Notes: generated from the sequence alone by a model not told the origin. 64,000 nucleotides of DNA from Bdellovibrionales bacterium (GCA_043739185.1 JAYUEN010000332.1:32001-96000), one strand, 5' to 3'. Counted from the first letter of the stretch, positions 8,805 through 19,496 are shown. Made by a program: numbers and translations.

Positions 8805-11804
8805 TTAGAAGCCTCCCATATTTGCCAAACCACCAAAATTTAAATTTCTTCTCGGTAAATACATGGGTGGATTTTGAATTTGGCCAAGAGGAAGTGGTTC
8901 CGATTTGAGATTCAATTTATCTAGTTCACGTTGAATATTGACCACCGTTTGATTGAAGAGATGAATTTTTTTGGCCGCTTGAAGTGCCTGGTTCAAACTG
9001 TCGATGCCCTTTTCCTCCATAGGAGTAATTAAATTTTCAATTTCTTTATGAAAGGCGGCACGATCTGCTTCACTCACTTCACCGCTCAATTGCAGTGTCT
9101 TAAGGGCCTGGGCATAGTGAAGATAACAGCCCGAGAGGTGTTGAATAGCTATTACTGAATACTCTGGATCTCCGTATTCAATAACGGCCTGATAGGCCTT
9201 CTGGGCTTTTTCAAGTTTTTCAGTTTTAATGGCGAGTACAGTTGCAACTTTCTCAATGCGGGCCTTGACACTTTGTTTTTTAAACTCATCGTCAAGTACT
9301 TGTGCCTGCACAAATCTAGCCCGAGCCAAAAAGTTTTTTGGAATACCATCTTTACCAATTATTTTCTTAGCCAAATTAAATGCCGTTGTAAAATCCCCGG
9401 TGGCAAACTTTTCTTCAGCTTGCTCTAGGACAATGAGACTCGCTTCGGGCTCAACTCCAAAACTTGAAATTTGTCGTTTGAGTTCTGAAACTTGCTTTGA
9501 GTTTGAATCGAGCTTGGCCAGCTCAAGTTGTTTCTCAACCAATACAAGTTTTTCTTTTTGGTCTTTTCGTGTTTCAGCCAGCTTGGCATACATACCAATT
9601 GCCAAATGGCGATTGCGGCTGAGGGCAAAAAAGTCGGCTGCCAATTCACGCCATTTATTTTCATTGGCATTGTCAAACTCGCAGAGATCCATCAATACTT
9701 TTGCTGCCAAATCAAGGCGAGCGAGAGTTTCATAAGCTCCGGCCGCTCGAGTTAAGCAGTCCTTAACCTGTGGGCTATCGCGAAACATTTTAGACATTTC
9801 ATGACAAGTATTTGAACCGGCTAAAAGATCACCGGTCTTAAATTCAATTTGCGAGGCATTCCACCATGCTTTAGGGCCCAGATCCGATTTACCTTGTTCG
9901 ACGGCAAATCTCTTATAGGCTTCAATTGCCTTCTTGCTATCGCCACTTTCTTCAAAACCTTGGATTTCTGCAAAATACGCTTCTCTGTATATCTTCTCAA
10001 CCACAAGAGTTCGACCATTATCCATAGTCTTTTTAAGCAATACATTGGCAGCTTCTTTTAGAGTCTTATAGTCTTTTTTAATGTTCAATATATCAAGATA
10101 AAGATCTTGAGACTTTAAAATCTTTTCCTGTCCGAATTTCTTCTTATCGGCAGTTCCCCAGCCGATCTTTTTAAATCCGGCAGCCGCTTCATCGTAGCGC
10201 GCCTTTTCATAAGCAATGAAATATTTTTTAAACTCAATGTCGAGTGCAAATTCAGCTTTTGGATATTTTGTTAAATAAATATTTGCCAAACTGTCAAAAC
10301 TCTTTTCATCGGAATCACTCCACTTATTAGCGGTCGCTCTCTCTAAACTTAAAATTGCGGCGTAAGCAGCATCGACTCCTAATTTGGCGTCCGGATGAAA
10401 ATTATCAATGCTAGCATACTGAACAGAGGCTTCGCGAAACTTCTCTTCTTGAAAAAGAAGTTCGCCATAGGACATTCGCAACTGGTTCTGCTCTTCATCT
10501 TTGGGATCATAGTTTCTGAGATAAACTTGGTACGCCACCTCGGCACTTGTGAGAAGATCATCTTCTTTGGCTTTCTTCTTCCATAGGGCATGCCACCTCT
10601 GCGCGAGCTTTTTACTCGCATCGGTCACACGCTCTTGGCATTCGGAGCGATCCTCTTTATGGCCAGTTCCGGCTTTGATCGCAGTTACCATGCGATCTTG
10701 ACAAAGCTGATTGAGTGCAAGCATTTGCTCAACCACTTTTTTGCGTTGCTTGAGATGTTCGTCGTTCCAAATGAGGCGTTCACGTGCACTTGCAACCAAT
10801 TCGTTATTGGGCATAGTTTGTATAAATTTAGAAAGTAGAATTTCAATGTCCGCAAACTTTGAACCGCGATCATAAAGATCAGAAAGGCGAATGAGCATTG
10901 GAGCCGGATCTAGCTCTCTTGCTTGAGTCACAAAATAGGTAACCGCGTTTGTACTCGAACCTACATCTGAATAAAAAAGTGTCATATCATTTAGAGCTTC
11001 TTTGCGAAGATCTAACTTTGCATCCAGCTTCAGCTCTGCGACTTTCGCGCCATATTCAACTACGGCTTCGAGTTCTTTGAGGCCATCTCGTGTATTTTGC
11101 AAATTGTAGTAACACCAAGCACCTTTGTAAATTGAATAGGGATAAACCCGAGCCTCCGTGTATTTGCGCACTTGTTTAAATTTTTGCAATGCGATTTCAA
11201 ACTTCTTATTTTTATAGTTCAATTCGCCTACTGACATAAAGGCATCTGGTAATAGAGGCGAATTGGGGAAGCTTGCGATCAAATGTTCAAAAATTTTTTC
11301 GGCTTTTTTATCGTCGCCCAATTGTTCAAGTGCATAGCCTTCATTAAAGACAATCATATCTAGATTTCTATAACTTCTAAATCGCTCTTGAATGTCCTCA
11401 TAAATCGCAATTGCTTTTTTGATTTGATTTTTTTCGGCACCCTCTTTCACTACTGAGGGAAGAAAATTCATAATTTCTTTGTCGTTGCGATGAATCTCAA
11501 AGAAACGCTCGCTGCGCGCTCGGCGCATATAAAGTTCCCCAAGACGATAAAGAATGTCAGGTTCTAATTTGCGACCGCGATTTTTCTCTAAGAGCTTCTG
11601 AAGTTGGGCCAGTGCCCGCTTTTCGCTATTCTCAACTAAGATTTCAGTTTTTAGGGCCTTCATATCATTGCCCTTTTCATCTCCGTCTTTGAACTTAAGT
11701 TGCTCCTCTACCGGAACTTCCTTAGGCTTATCCTTTTGACCCGCCAAGGCCATTTGAAAATTTCCTGTCAATAAAATGAGGAGAACCCAAAAGCGAAGAA
11801 TCAT
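8805..11804 (-). CDS. Large periplasmic TPR protein, GltD/AgmU-like
   Basis: 999 aa, signal peptide, many TPR-like units (YRLGELY, YKGAWCYYNL, LRKEALNDM). Confidence 0.7.
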   Translation of the reverse strand: MILRFWVLLILLTGNFQMALAGQKDKPKEVPVEEQLKFKDGDEKGNDMKALKTEILVENSEKRALAQLQKLLEKNRGRKLEPDILYRLGELYMRRARSERFFEIHRNDKEIMNFLPSVVKEGAEKNQIKKAIAIYEDIQERFRSYRNLDMIVFNEGYALEQLGDDKKAEKIFEHLIASFPNSPLLPDAFMSVGELNYKNKKFEIALQKFKQVRKYTEARVYPYSIYKGAWCYYNLQNTRDGLKELEAVVEYGAKVAELKLDAKLDLRKEALNDMTLFYSDVGSSTNAVTYFVTQARELDPAPMLIRLSDLYDRGSKFADIEILLSKFIQTMPNNELVASARERLIWNDEHLKQRKKVVEQMLALNQLCQDRMVTAIKAGTGHKEDRSECQERVTDASKKLAQRWHALWKKKAKEDDLLTSAEVAYQVYLRNYDPKDEEQNQLRMSYGELLFQEEKFREASVQYASIDNFHPDAKLGVDAAYAAILSLERATANKWSDSDEKSFDSLANIYLTKYPKAEFALDIEFKKYFIAYEKARYDEAAAGFKKIGWGTADKKKFGQEKILKSQDLYLDILNIKKDYKTLKEAANVLLKKTMDNGRTLVVEKIYREAYFAEIQGFEESGDSKKAIEAYKRFAVEQGKSDLGPKAWWNASQIEFKTGDLLAGSNTCHEMSKMFRDSPQVKDCLTRAAGAYETLARLDLAAKVLMDLCEFDNANENKWRELAADFFALSRNRHLAIGMYAKLAETRKDQKEKLVLVEKQLELAKLDSNSKQVSELKRQISSFGVEPEASLIVLEQAEEKFATGDFTTAFNLAKKIIGKDGIPKNFLARARFVQAQVLDDEFKKQSVKARIEKVATVLAIKTEKLEKAQKAYQAVIEYGDPEYSVIAIQHLSGCYLHYAQALKTLQLSGEVSEADRAAFHKEIENLITPMEEKGIDSLNQALQAAKKIHLFNQTVVNIQRELDKLNLKSEPLPLGQIQNPPMYLPRRNLNFGGLANMGGF

Positions 11805-12850
11805 TTTATACTCGCCGGGGTGAAATCAACATGAAATGGAGTTCCATCCGGAGGAATGGCCTTGCCGTGAAAGACAATAGATTGAATGTTGTCATCATAG
11901 GTCCAGCCATTTGCGGCATCCTGGGGAACCAATACCCCACCTGCATGTACAACAATTGTAGCGGGATTGGGCTTTTGATCTAAATAATAAGCCGTTACGA
12001 TTTCGAGAATGCGCGCTTGTACTTGTTGAACGGCCAGGGTGAGATCTGTAGAACAAATGGTTGATTGCGTACCGCCCGAAGCATTTACAATATCTAAGAA
12101 CTTTAAACCGGGCGATCGAAAATTCCATTGGCCTGAGGCGCATTGATCGCTCGCGCTGCTTGATAGGACGCCAACATAATGAGCCAACCAACTTCGTTGA
12201 CCTGTGGTTGCTATCGGTGGGCGGAGTTTGTCTAAAAACGATACCAAGTCAATTGGTGAGGTATTGTTCACATCATCGTCTTTAGAAGAAATGAATATGA
12301 CATTGAGAAGCGCATTGGGTCTTAAGAAGCCAGAATTCGCTCCGTTTATAAGTGGAGCACTCAAGGCATTTTGTACAGCAAGGCGGCCAAAATTGACGGG
12401 CGAAAGAAAATCACCCGTATTGAATGACAAGCGATTTGATAAAATATTAGAAAGGCCAGTTAAGCCAGAATTCAAAATAACCGGAGCGCCATCACCTCGC
12501 GAAATGAATTGGCCACCATCTCCGATTGTCATTTGAGTTTGTGGATCTTGAAATCGCGGAGTCATGGTGGTCACTGCAATATGATAATCTAAATTCGCGG
12601 CATTTAAGACCTGCACCAAGGCAGGAATTTGCGAAGAGATCGCATCATAGCGTCTTTGCTGGTCCATCGCACCAGAAGCCTCCATCACAATGAGCACATC
12701 TGCTTGTCTATTGTATTTTACGCTTTGAACGAAGTTGCTGCCCTGAGGGGTCAGGTCAAAATTCTGTTGCGTACAACTCAAGCTAAGTAAGCAGTTAAGG
12801 AATCCAAAAATATATTTTATGGCTGTCAAATCAAGTTGTTTACTTCTCAT
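11801..12850 (-). CDS. vWA-domain lipoprotein, CglB-like adhesin candidate
   Basis: Lipobox LSLSC; DVLIVMEASGAM (altered MIDAS), DYHIAVTT, FLRPNALLNVIFISS. Confidence 0.6.
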   Translation of the reverse strand: MRSKQLDLTAIKYIFGFLNCLLSLSCTQQNFDLTPQGSNFVQSVKYNRQADVLIVMEASGAMDQQRRYDAISSQIPALVQVLNAANLDYHIAVTTMTPRFQDPQTQMTIGDGGQFISRGDGAPVILNSGLTGLSNILSNRLSFNTGDFLSPVNFGRLAVQNALSAPLINGANSGFLRPNALLNVIFISSKDDDVNNTSPIDLVSFLDKLRPPIATTGQRSWLAHYVGVLSSSASDQCASGQWNFRSPGLKFLDIVNASGGTQSTICSTDLTLAVQQVQARILEIVTAYYLDQKPNPATIVVHAGGVLVPQDAANGWTYDDNIQSIVFHGKAIPPDGTPFHVDFTPASIK

Positions 12851-12945
12851 TTGAAAATCTCCCCAAGATAAAAACTCTTTTATCTTCTTGCGCCTTAGGG
12901 AGAGTACATGCTGCATAAAAGGCGATTTAGTATTTTTTGCTTTCT

Positions 12946-13734
12946 CTACGAAGCTCTCACATTTTTTTCTGTAAACTGTGCAAGGTAATCTTGCGTTTGT
13001 TGTGTTAATTCCAAAAACTTAATTCCGTAAATGACACTCTTATTTTTTTCTTTACTGCTATTGCGAGCGCTCACAACTTCACATTTTGCATTGAATGGCG
13101 GAACATCGTCCCCGGGCTTAAAATGAACACTGACCGCTTGCCCGATTTGAAGTTGGCCACTTTCTAATTCAATTCCTGCTCCGCCGGCTGATATTTCAAA
13201 GCTCTTTCCCTTCCATACTTTTGAATTATTATGGACAATAAGTGATGCTCCATAATTGGCTCTACCGTGTCTGCGACGAAAAAACACTTCAGTTAATTCT
13301 GGATACGTAGAAGACTTTAGGGCTTTGATTTTGTCCGCTTTGAATTCTTCAAGGTCTGCAATCAAATGCCAAGTTTCAAGATTTGGATTCCAAGCATAAT
13401 CATACTCAAAAAGTGAGCGACCTTGTAGAAGCTTAACAATGTCAAAAAAAGTATAAGGGCCAAAGCGGTTTTGACCTTTCAAAATAAACCATTCCGGAAC
13501 ATCTGACGCCGACTTTTTAGGTTCAATCTTAGGGGGCTGAACTGGCTTTGCAAATTGCATCAAATCAGCGAAAGCATGATAGGCAACAATCATAAACCAG
13601 TCCGCAGCGACTTCATCAAAGATATAATCACTGACATGCAATTCATGGTTTTGTATTTTCGCATTGATTTCAGCAACTGTGAACGGACCCAGTTGTTGAC
13701 CATCATGTGATACGAAATATTTAGCTTGCAACAT
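12946..13734 (-). CDS. GYF_2-GYF_2-PilZ domain protein
   Basis: Two GYF_2-like units (GQQLGPF, WFILKGQNRFGPY); PilZ motifs RRRHGR and EISAGG; GGAG RBS before ATG 13734. Confidence 0.8.
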   Translation of the reverse strand: MLQAKYFVSHDGQQLGPFTVAEINAKIQNHELHVSDYIFDEVAADWFMIVAYHAFADLMQFAKPVQPPKIEPKKSASDVPEWFILKGQNRFGPYTFFDIVKLLQGRSLFEYDYAWNPNLETWHLIADLEEFKADKIKALKSSTYPELTEVFFRRRHGRANYGASLIVHNNSKVWKGKSFEISAGGAGIELESGQLQIGQAVSVHFKPGDDVPPFNAKCEVVSARNSSKEKNKSVIYGIKFLELTQQTQDYLAQFTEKNVRAS

Positions 13735-13828
13735 CAAACTCTCCAAAACAGGATTCTTTTTTCAAACCAAACACGGACTCAAAAGCCTAGCTTTCTTAGC
13801 TTATTAGCTCGCTTTATCACTACAGAAT

Positions 13829-13855
13829 GATTCGGCTGATTGGGATTTGGACTTA
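13829..13855 (-). promoter_or_regulatory. sigma28 (FliA) promoter
   Basis: Minus strand TAAG-N15-GCCGAATC versus consensus TAAA-N15-GCCGATAA. Confidence 0.7.
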
Positions 13856-14020
13856 AATCTTGCGGAGCGCAAAACAAGCCTAAGTGCTTGGGAACAGGAT
13901 CAAAGACGAGTGCCTTGATTTAAAGGCCTCTACAGGGTTTTATTTTGAAACAAAGTCATAAGATGAAAATCTCAAAATGAATTTAAGTTCAATGAAACGA
14001 AGATGTTTTGATCAGCTTGC

Positions 14021-14803
14021 TTATGAAGCTTCTTGCTCACTAGCATTGAAAACTTGAGTTAATTTTGCTCTCAATCGGCTTACGGCCTGAGCGTGAAGCT
14101 GTGACACTCGACTTTCCGTAACTCTCAATACTTTGCCAATTTCTTTTAAGTTGAGATCTTCGTAGTAATACAAAGAAAGTACGAGTCTTTGTCGTTCTGG
14201 CAGCTCTTCGATTGCTTTGGTCACAATGTCCTTCACGGACTTCATGCTCAATTGATTGTATGGATTATTGAGCGCACATCCCTCTAGAATATTGAGGATC
14301 GATTTTTTATCAACATTGCTAAAAGTCGTCGAGTCATCAATCGAAAGTACGCTTACGGGACGCACTTGATTGACGAGGTCATAAAATTCTTCAATGCTCA
14401 TATTGAGCTTTGTAGAAACCTCTTCATCTGTCGCCGCTCGTCCATAGACCGCTTCAAGTTCAACCATTGTACGATCTAAGAGTTTTGCTTTGTCGCGAAC
14501 CGATCTTGGAACCCAATCCTGCGCACGGAGTTCATCGAGAATGGAGCCTCGAATTCGAAACTCTGCGTAGGTTTTGAATTTATTGTCTCGAGTCGGATCA
14601 TATTTATCGATGGCATCCATAAGGCCAATGACACCACTTGATATGAGATCGTCTAATTCGATATTTGAAGGCAAGCGAACCGCAATTTTTTGTGCGATAA
14701 ACTTTATCAAGGGGGCATACTCAATGACGAGCTTATCTTTTTCTTGTTGGGTAATCTTGTTCGGAGATTCTTTGTACTTTCTAATGACACCGTTACCAGA
14801 CAT
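14021..14803 (-). CDS. fliA: Flagellar sigma factor sigma28
   Basis: DDLISSGVIGLMDA, YAEFRIRGSILDELR, TESRVSQLH. Confidence 0.95.
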   Translation of the reverse strand: MSGNGVIRKYKESPNKITQQEKDKLVIEYAPLIKFIAQKIAVRLPSNIELDDLISSGVIGLMDAIDKYDPTRDNKFKTYAEFRIRGSILDELRAQDWVPRSVRDKAKLLDRTMVELEAVYGRAATDEEVSTKLNMSIEEFYDLVNQVRPVSVLSIDDSTTFSNVDKKSILNILEGCALNNPYNQLSMKSVKDIVTKAIEELPERQRLVLSLYYYEDLNLKEIGKVLRVTESRVSQLHAQAVSRLRAKLTQVFNASEQEAS

Positions 14804-14886
14804 TATTGAACCACCCTCAAATAAATTTATCTAACCAGTTATCTTAGCTTATCAAATTGAGAACACAGTCGGTAGTCTAATTCTTT

Positions 14887-15729
14887 TCATGCCACTCCAA
14901 CGAGCTGCTCCCAGAAAAATTGTAGATTTCCTTTACACTCATCTAAAGCCTGGTAGCTTTCGAATTTCTGGGCCAGCTTGACAAGGGCCTGTGCTGAGGG
15001 ACTCTGCGAATAGACTTGAGAAACCAATTGTTGGTTCTTTGTGGCCTGTCTCAAATTGAGATCCGATGGAATCGATCCTTTATAATCTAGGCTTACGTAA
15101 AGAAACTTCTGTACAACTTCGTCTAGCTTACGAAAAAGTTTAACACCTTCTTGCTCATCGCGAACTTGATTGCAGACAATCGAAAATCTATTTTCACGGC
15201 AACGCTGATTCAAGACCTTTATAAGAGCATAAGAATCGGCAAAGCTTGAAGGGTCTGGATTGATCACAACACAAATCTCTTGTGCCGCTGCATTGAGATA
15301 AAGAACATTGTTATCAATGCCGGGTGAAGTATCAATTAACATATAATCATATTTTTTACCAAGACCACTCACTTGATCGAGTAAAAATTGGCGTTCAAAA
15401 ACACTCAAATTTTGCAAATCATATAGACCACTTCCGCCTGGTATGAGAGTCAAGCCATCGTCGACCTCTACTAAAATTTCTTGCAGCTGAGATTCCCCAC
15501 TAATGAGATCATAGATATTTTTTTTGGCTCTTACATTGAGCATGATATCCACATTGGCCATGCCAAGATCACCGTCTAAAATCAGAACCCGATAGCCTCT
15601 CTTGTGCAAAATTTTTGCCAGGTTTACCACGATGGTCGATTTTCCCACGCCGCCTTTCCCTGAAGTGATACTTATGGTGCGTGTCGAATTTGAATGTCGT
15701 TCTGTAGACTCTGTTTGACTAAATCCCAT
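14887..15729 (-). CDS. flhG: MinD-like flagellar number regulator FlhG/FleN
   Basis: SGKGGVGKS, DGDLGMANVD; between flhF and fliA. Confidence 0.9.
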   Translation of the reverse strand: MGFSQTESTERHSNSTRTISITSGKGGVGKSTIVVNLAKILHKRGYRVLILDGDLGMANVDIMLNVRAKKNIYDLISGESQLQEILVEVDDGLTLIPGGSGLYDLQNLSVFERQFLLDQVSGLGKKYDYMLIDTSPGIDNNVLYLNAAAQEICVVINPDPSSFADSYALIKVLNQRCRENRFSIVCNQVRDEQEGVKLFRKLDEVVQKFLYVSLDYKGSIPSDLNLRQATKNQQLVSQVYSQSPSAQALVKLAQKFESYQALDECKGNLQFFWEQLVGVA

Positions 15730-17389
15730 GGCCGTTAACTCCTCTTTGAATGCGGGTCAGCTTAAAAATTAAATCTAATATTCGCTCTTTCGTCGCCTCT
15801 TCAAAATCCTCGGGAATTGAATTTCCAATTCCGAATGAATTGAGTGGAATATGAAGCGCTCGACTTACATTGACAATGACCCCGTGTTGAATAGATTGGT
15901 CCAAATTGGTAAAAATTAAATCTTGAAAAGATGCCAAGCGAAAGCGTTTGCAATTGTCGAGACTATCACTATCCTTCGCTATGCAATTTAAGACGAGATG
16001 AGCTACTGGAGCCAGTTCTGATGGCGGTAGTATTGATCTTAAAAAATCGATTTCGTCTAAATCTCGGAGCTGCATGCCGGGACTATCAATTAAGAAATGA
16101 TCAATATGGGCAAAGCGAGAAAGTAGGCCTTCATAATCTGCTTGCGAATGAATAACGACAAAAGGAACATTTAGAATTTGCGCATAGATTTTAAGTTGAT
16201 CGACTGCACCCACTTTAAGGGTGTCCGTCGTCAATATGGCAATTCGCTTTTTTCTCTTGAGGCTCAAATAGCTTGCCCACTTTACCAACATTGAAGTTTT
16301 ACCGCTACCCGCGGGCCCAACAAAAAGGTGAGTACGCCCCTGAAATGCATCTTTGCTAATTTGGGTATTGGTCAATATCCAGCGCGCAACGTAAGCGTCT
16401 ACTAAAGGGCGCTTTTTCATTTGCAAAGCATCCATTTCCTTTTGCGCCTGCAACAATATTTCTGAAGTCAATTCGGTGCTCACACCACTTTCTAAAAGCT
16501 TTTGAAACATAAAGCTCAACTCAAAATGAATTCCATATTCGGCACCTGGGTGAGAGTGAACTGTGGGTTTGACCACTTGATTTTGCTTGAGCAACGACTG
16601 CAGTCTCACAATTTCAGTCTGCAATACTTCAATTTGTTCCGTGCGAATTGCAGTCGAAGTAGTTGCCTGCGGCGGAGTGACTGCTGCGACCGACGGAGCC
16701 TTTGGTGCTATTTTTTCAAAGCGAAAGTCATCATTGGGATCATTTGTAATATGTGCATAGTTATTTTTTACTGGTTTACTTTCAAGTGCACTCATTCCGG
16801 CAGAGAAAGCTTCTTTCGCCGCGTTTCGAATTCGACTGAGAGATTTAGAAGACAATTGCGATGCGGACTCACTCATTGCTTGAGCTTGTGGATGTTGAGT
16901 CCGCGGCACTTGATAAGCAGGTGCCTGGGGTGCTTGAGAATTGAAATCTTCTTCATCTGGAATATCAATATAGGATACAGAAGTTAAATTCCTCTTCAGC
17001 TGACCAACAGGAGAGTGGGCCGACCGGTCAGCCCTATAGTTTGGCTCACTTCGACCATCAATTCCCAACACTTTTGCCAGTGATGACGAATTACTTTGGC
17101 TTTTATTCTCAGCGAGTCTGCGATCGACGATTTTTTCGATAATATTGATTTGAGATTTTGCTGCCGTATTTCGAAAGCGCGCTTTTGTCCCAGTATCCAT
17201 TCGCGATTCACTAAATTTCTTCTTATGTAAAGTGAATTCACTAACCGCCGCGGTGACTTCGACTTCGCCCTGACCAGGTCCGCTCTTAATGTCTCTTGCT
17301 GCTAAAATCACGGCTTCTGGGCCGAGCTCTTCCTTAATCAAACGCAAAGCTTCTTTCATACTTTTGGAGGTGTATTTTTTAACCTGCAT
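15719..17389 (-). CDS. flhF: SRP-type GTPase FlhF
   Basis: N-terminal MQVKKY...LGPEAVIL, GPAGSGKT, DTLKVGAVDQL. Confidence 0.9.
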   Translation of the reverse strand: MQVKKYTSKSMKEALRLIKEELGPEAVILAARDIKSGPGQGEVEVTAAVSEFTLHKKKFSESRMDTGTKARFRNTAAKSQINIIEKIVDRRLAENKSQSNSSSLAKVLGIDGRSEPNYRADRSAHSPVGQLKRNLTSVSYIDIPDEEDFNSQAPQAPAYQVPRTQHPQAQAMSESASQLSSKSLSRIRNAAKEAFSAGMSALESKPVKNNYAHITNDPNDDFRFEKIAPKAPSVAAVTPPQATTSTAIRTEQIEVLQTEIVRLQSLLKQNQVVKPTVHSHPGAEYGIHFELSFMFQKLLESGVSTELTSEILLQAQKEMDALQMKKRPLVDAYVARWILTNTQISKDAFQGRTHLFVGPAGSGKTSMLVKWASYLSLKRKKRIAILTTDTLKVGAVDQLKIYAQILNVPFVVIHSQADYEGLLSRFAHIDHFLIDSPGMQLRDLDEIDFLRSILPPSELAPVAHLVLNCIAKDSDSLDNCKRFRLASFQDLIFTNLDQSIQHGVIVNVSRALHIPLNSFGIGNSIPEDFEEATKERILDLIFKLTRIQRGVNGHGI

Positions 17390-19493
17390 GCGCAAACTCC
17401 CCACGTAAAGCTACGGTACCAACAGAGGCAATCTTTGCTTCTGCCGATAATTCATTGTGTGATAGCACGATCAATTGAGGAATAAATCGCGATGTGAGCT
17501 TAAACAAATGTCTACGAGCAGTTGGGCTCGTAAGTAAAATTGGTTGTGAAGCAATCTCTGGATGCGATTCAATAGTTGCCGCAATACTTTCAATCATTTG
17601 ATGCGCTACTTTAGGATCCATGACAAGTTGAACGCCTTGTTCAGTTTGAAGAAGTGAGTTGGCAATTAATTCCTCTATCTGAGGTTCGAGACTAACCACT
17701 GAAACGCTGCCATCATCGGTCTTAAATTTCGCAGTGATACTCCTCGACAGAGCTTTGCGAACTCCTTCAGTTAGAAGTTCTGCATCTTTGGTTCGTGTTG
17801 CTTCATCCGCCAGATTTTCAAAAATAGTTAATAGATCTCGAATTGAAACCTGCTCTCGCAATAAACTTTGTAAGACTTTCACTACAGTTCCAAGATGCAA
17901 AGGTTCCGGAATGAGCTCTTCAATCACTTTCGGATACTGCTTCTTAAAGTTTTCAACCAAGTTCGAAACTTCCTGTCGACCCAAAAGCTCGTGTGCATGT
18001 CCTCTAATGATTTCAGTCAAGTGCGTGGCCATAACGGTTGGCAAATCAACCACCGTATAGCCGGCCATCTCGGCTTCTTCGCGCTGCGAACGACTGATCC
18101 ACAATGCATCCAAACCGAATGCTGGCTCTTTTGTTGGCGTGCCATCCATTTGACTGGTTACATTTCCAGGATCCATCGCCAATAGTGAGTCAGGCCGCAA
18201 AGTCCCACCGCCAACTTTATTGCCTTTGATCATGACCCGATATTCGCCGGGCTCAAGCTGAAGATTATCGCGGATATGAATACTCGGAACTATGATTCCC
18301 AAATCGATCGCAAACTGCTTGCGAATGCTGACAATCCTTTCGAGCAAATCACCACTTTGTTCACTTTCAACGATATTGATTAATCCATAACCCACTTCGA
18401 GCTCAACTAAATCAAGTGGCAGTAGATTTTCAATTTTTTCTTTTTCAGGTTTTGATGCGATGTCATCTTGAAGTTTTTTCTCTTTATCTTTTGCTTCTGA
18501 TTTATAGCGAGTGAGGACCCATGAAAGGCCTCCCATAAAAGCACCAATGGTGAAAAAAGGAATTCCTGGTAGACCAGGCACCATCGCCAATAAACCCATC
18601 ACGCTACCAACTATTCCCACCGCGCGCGGATTGAGAAAAAGTTGTGAAACAACTTCGTTTCCGATGTCTTTTCCAGAAGAGCTGCGCGTGACAATTGTAC
18701 CTGCGGCAGTTGATATAATGAGGGCCGGAATTTGCGAAACCAGTCCATCACCTATGGTTAACTTTGTATAGTACTCAGCCGCCGTTCCGACATCGAGACC
18801 ATGTTGAATAACTCCAACCAAGAGTCCGCCAACAATATTGACGATTGTAATGATGATGCCGGCAATGGCATCTCCTCTTACAAACTTACTCGCTCCATCC
18901 ATGGCTCCATAAAAATCCGCTTCAGCTTCAATTTCTTTACGGCGTTTACGAGCTTGCTCTTCGTTGATCAATCCTGCGTTTAGGTCCGCATCAATTGACA
19001 TCTGTTTACCCGGCATCGCATCTAAAGTGAAACGTGCTGCAACCTCTGCGACTCGACCAGAACCCTTGGTGATAACGACAAAGTTAATGACAACTAAAAT
19101 AACGAAGACAATGAATCCGATGACATAATTATTACCGACCACGAAATTACCGAAGGCCTCGATCACCGCACCTGCAGCTTGTCCACCTTCATGGCCGTGC
19201 GTGAGCACGAGTCTGGTTGTCGCTACATTGAGTGCGAGTCGAAATAGCGTTGTAATCAACAAAAGGCTAGGAAAAACACTGAAGTCGAGACTTCGCGTGG
19301 TGTAAAGTGCAACTATCAATATAAGAAGAGCCGAACTAATAGATAGGGTCAAAGCAATATCAAGCAAAACTGGCGGAAGCGGAATCATCATGACGGCAAG
19401 AATGCCAATCAAAGTGATCGCTACTAATAGATCCACATTTTTAGTATAGCGTTCAAAGCGTTTTAAAAACTGAAATAGCTGCTCTAAATTCAT
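17379..19493 (-). CDS. flhA: Flagellar export gate FlhA
   Basis: RVAEVAARFTLDAMPGKQMSIDADL, FYGAMDGASKFVRGDA. Confidence 0.97.
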   Translation of the reverse strand: MNLEQLFQFLKRFERYTKNVDLLVAITLIGILAVMMIPLPPVLLDIALTLSISSALLILIVALYTTRSLDFSVFPSLLLITTLFRLALNVATTRLVLTHGHEGGQAAGAVIEAFGNFVVGNNYVIGFIVFVILVVINFVVITKGSGRVAEVAARFTLDAMPGKQMSIDADLNAGLINEEQARKRRKEIEAEADFYGAMDGASKFVRGDAIAGIIITIVNIVGGLLVGVIQHGLDVGTAAEYYTKLTIGDGLVSQIPALIISTAAGTIVTRSSSGKDIGNEVVSQLFLNPRAVGIVGSVMGLLAMVPGLPGIPFFTIGAFMGGLSWVLTRYKSEAKDKEKKLQDDIASKPEKEKIENLLPLDLVELEVGYGLINIVESEQSGDLLERIVSIRKQFAIDLGIIVPSIHIRDNLQLEPGEYRVMIKGNKVGGGTLRPDSLLAMDPGNVTSQMDGTPTKEPAFGLDALWISRSQREEAEMAGYTVVDLPTVMATHLTEIIRGHAHELLGRQEVSNLVENFKKQYPKVIEELIPEPLHLGTVVKVLQSLLREQVSIRDLLTIFENLADEATRTKDAELLTEGVRKALSRSITAKFKTDDGSVSVVSLEPQIEELIANSLLQTEQGVQLVMDPKVAHQMIESIAATIESHPEIASQPILLTSPTARRHLFKLTSRFIPQLIVLSHNELSAEAKIASVGTVALRGEFAHAG

Positions 19494-19496
19494 TTA

